Origin: Gekko japonicus
Lineage: Eukaryota
Assembly: GCF_001447785.1 (NCBI RefSeq)
Contig: NW_015174867.1
Location: 619,641-683,640 of the forward strand
DNA length: 64,000 nt
Direction of reading: 5' to 3'
The position numbers and the translations under genes were made by a program. Shown in pieces: positions 63,054 to 64,000 of the stretch. Numbering within the stretch: position 1 is the first letter of the stretch; each line of letters opens with the position of its first letter. The notes beneath the pieces are model-generated. The model saw only the letters and a program-made list of their open reading frames with translations. It did not search any database and was not told the origin of the DNA.

Positions 63054-64000
63054 ATACGCTTCTTCTCCATTAACTGAGAAGATTTAGTTTGCAGTCTGTG
63101 CAAGTGCAAAAATGGATGCCAGCAGCAATGTAAGTTTGTTAGTTACTGCCAAGTCATGACCTGGTCATCACCCTACTGTGCAGGTCTACTACTGATCCGC
63201 AACAGTGCTTATGATGAATTGCAATAAAGAGCAATAAGGTGATCAGATCAGAGGCTCACCATGTGTCAGAGACAGAGTTCAATCAAGGGAGATTGGCCTA
63301 GGAGTCCTGTGTCTGTATCCTTGAATGCACCCCTATCCAGAAAAGGTCAGAGTTCGTCTTCGTGATCAACTGAAAAGTATCCATCAGCAGAATCTATGTC
63401 TTTTCTGGATTAATATTATCCCTTTTACAGTTCATTACTGGTTCCGGGAAAATGTTCAAGGCATCAATGATTACATATGGATTAGATGAAAAGTGGAAAA
63501 TAGAGTCATGTGTCATCAGCATACGAATAATGTATCACCCTGCATTTCTGGATGTCCTCACCAAGTGGCTAGACACAATAATTTGGCAAAAGAAATGAAC
63601 ATGTCATCCTTAGTGTTATCTTCACATCCTCAATGTGAGCCAGTATGGTCATGTAGTGAACAAATAATACGTCTGGGGAGATCAGGGTTAATGAATTCTT
63701 CTCTGCTACAAAGCTTAAGGGTGAATTTAGGCCAGTCACTCTCAGCCTAATTTAACAGATGAGATTTTTCTGAAGATAAATTTGGGCAGATAGAAGCATT
63801 CATTGCCCCCAGCTTTTGGAGAGGAAGGATATGATAAAATGGTGATCGTTTAAGGAATGGTTATCATAAGACCTTCAACCCTGTTAGCAATAATTCCATC
63901 TCCATCCATAGCTCCTCAGTGGGACTTAAACGTACTTAACTTTGGCAGTACTGTGTGTCTGGAGGTTTTTGCTGGTTTTTTTAAACAGCATATTTTTCTT

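Overview
Vertebrate genomic DNA, most likely a gecko or another squamate reptile. The repeat content supports this: Bov-B, Sauria SINE, 5S-Sauria-like and Squam3-like SINEs, L2, CR1, R4/Dong, Vingi-like and Penelope-like elements. The only functional coding sequence I can support is the last two exons of GASK1B (FAM198B) on the + strand (3008-3234 and 5162-5369), followed by a probably long 3' UTR. The intron upstream of these exons holds a processed CEP57L1 pseudogene broken by three TE insertions. The remaining ~55 kb is gene-free and TE-rich, with one 108-N assembly gap. Four items deserve a second look: (i) two complete, TSD-flanked 1.6-1.9 kb elements mobilised by L1 machinery that lack ORF2 (HAL1/half-L1-like); (ii) a ~1.45 kb Penelope-like head-to-head inverted insertion with a GIY-YIG C-terminus and an atypical hammerhead-like fold, plus other hammerhead relics; (iii) a 178-bp hAT MITE that has captured a piece of Gypsy integrase; (iv) a nested stack of TEs inside one hAT-type element. 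I see no evidence of a new cellular multi-gene system. Family assignments come from recalled motifs, not database searches.
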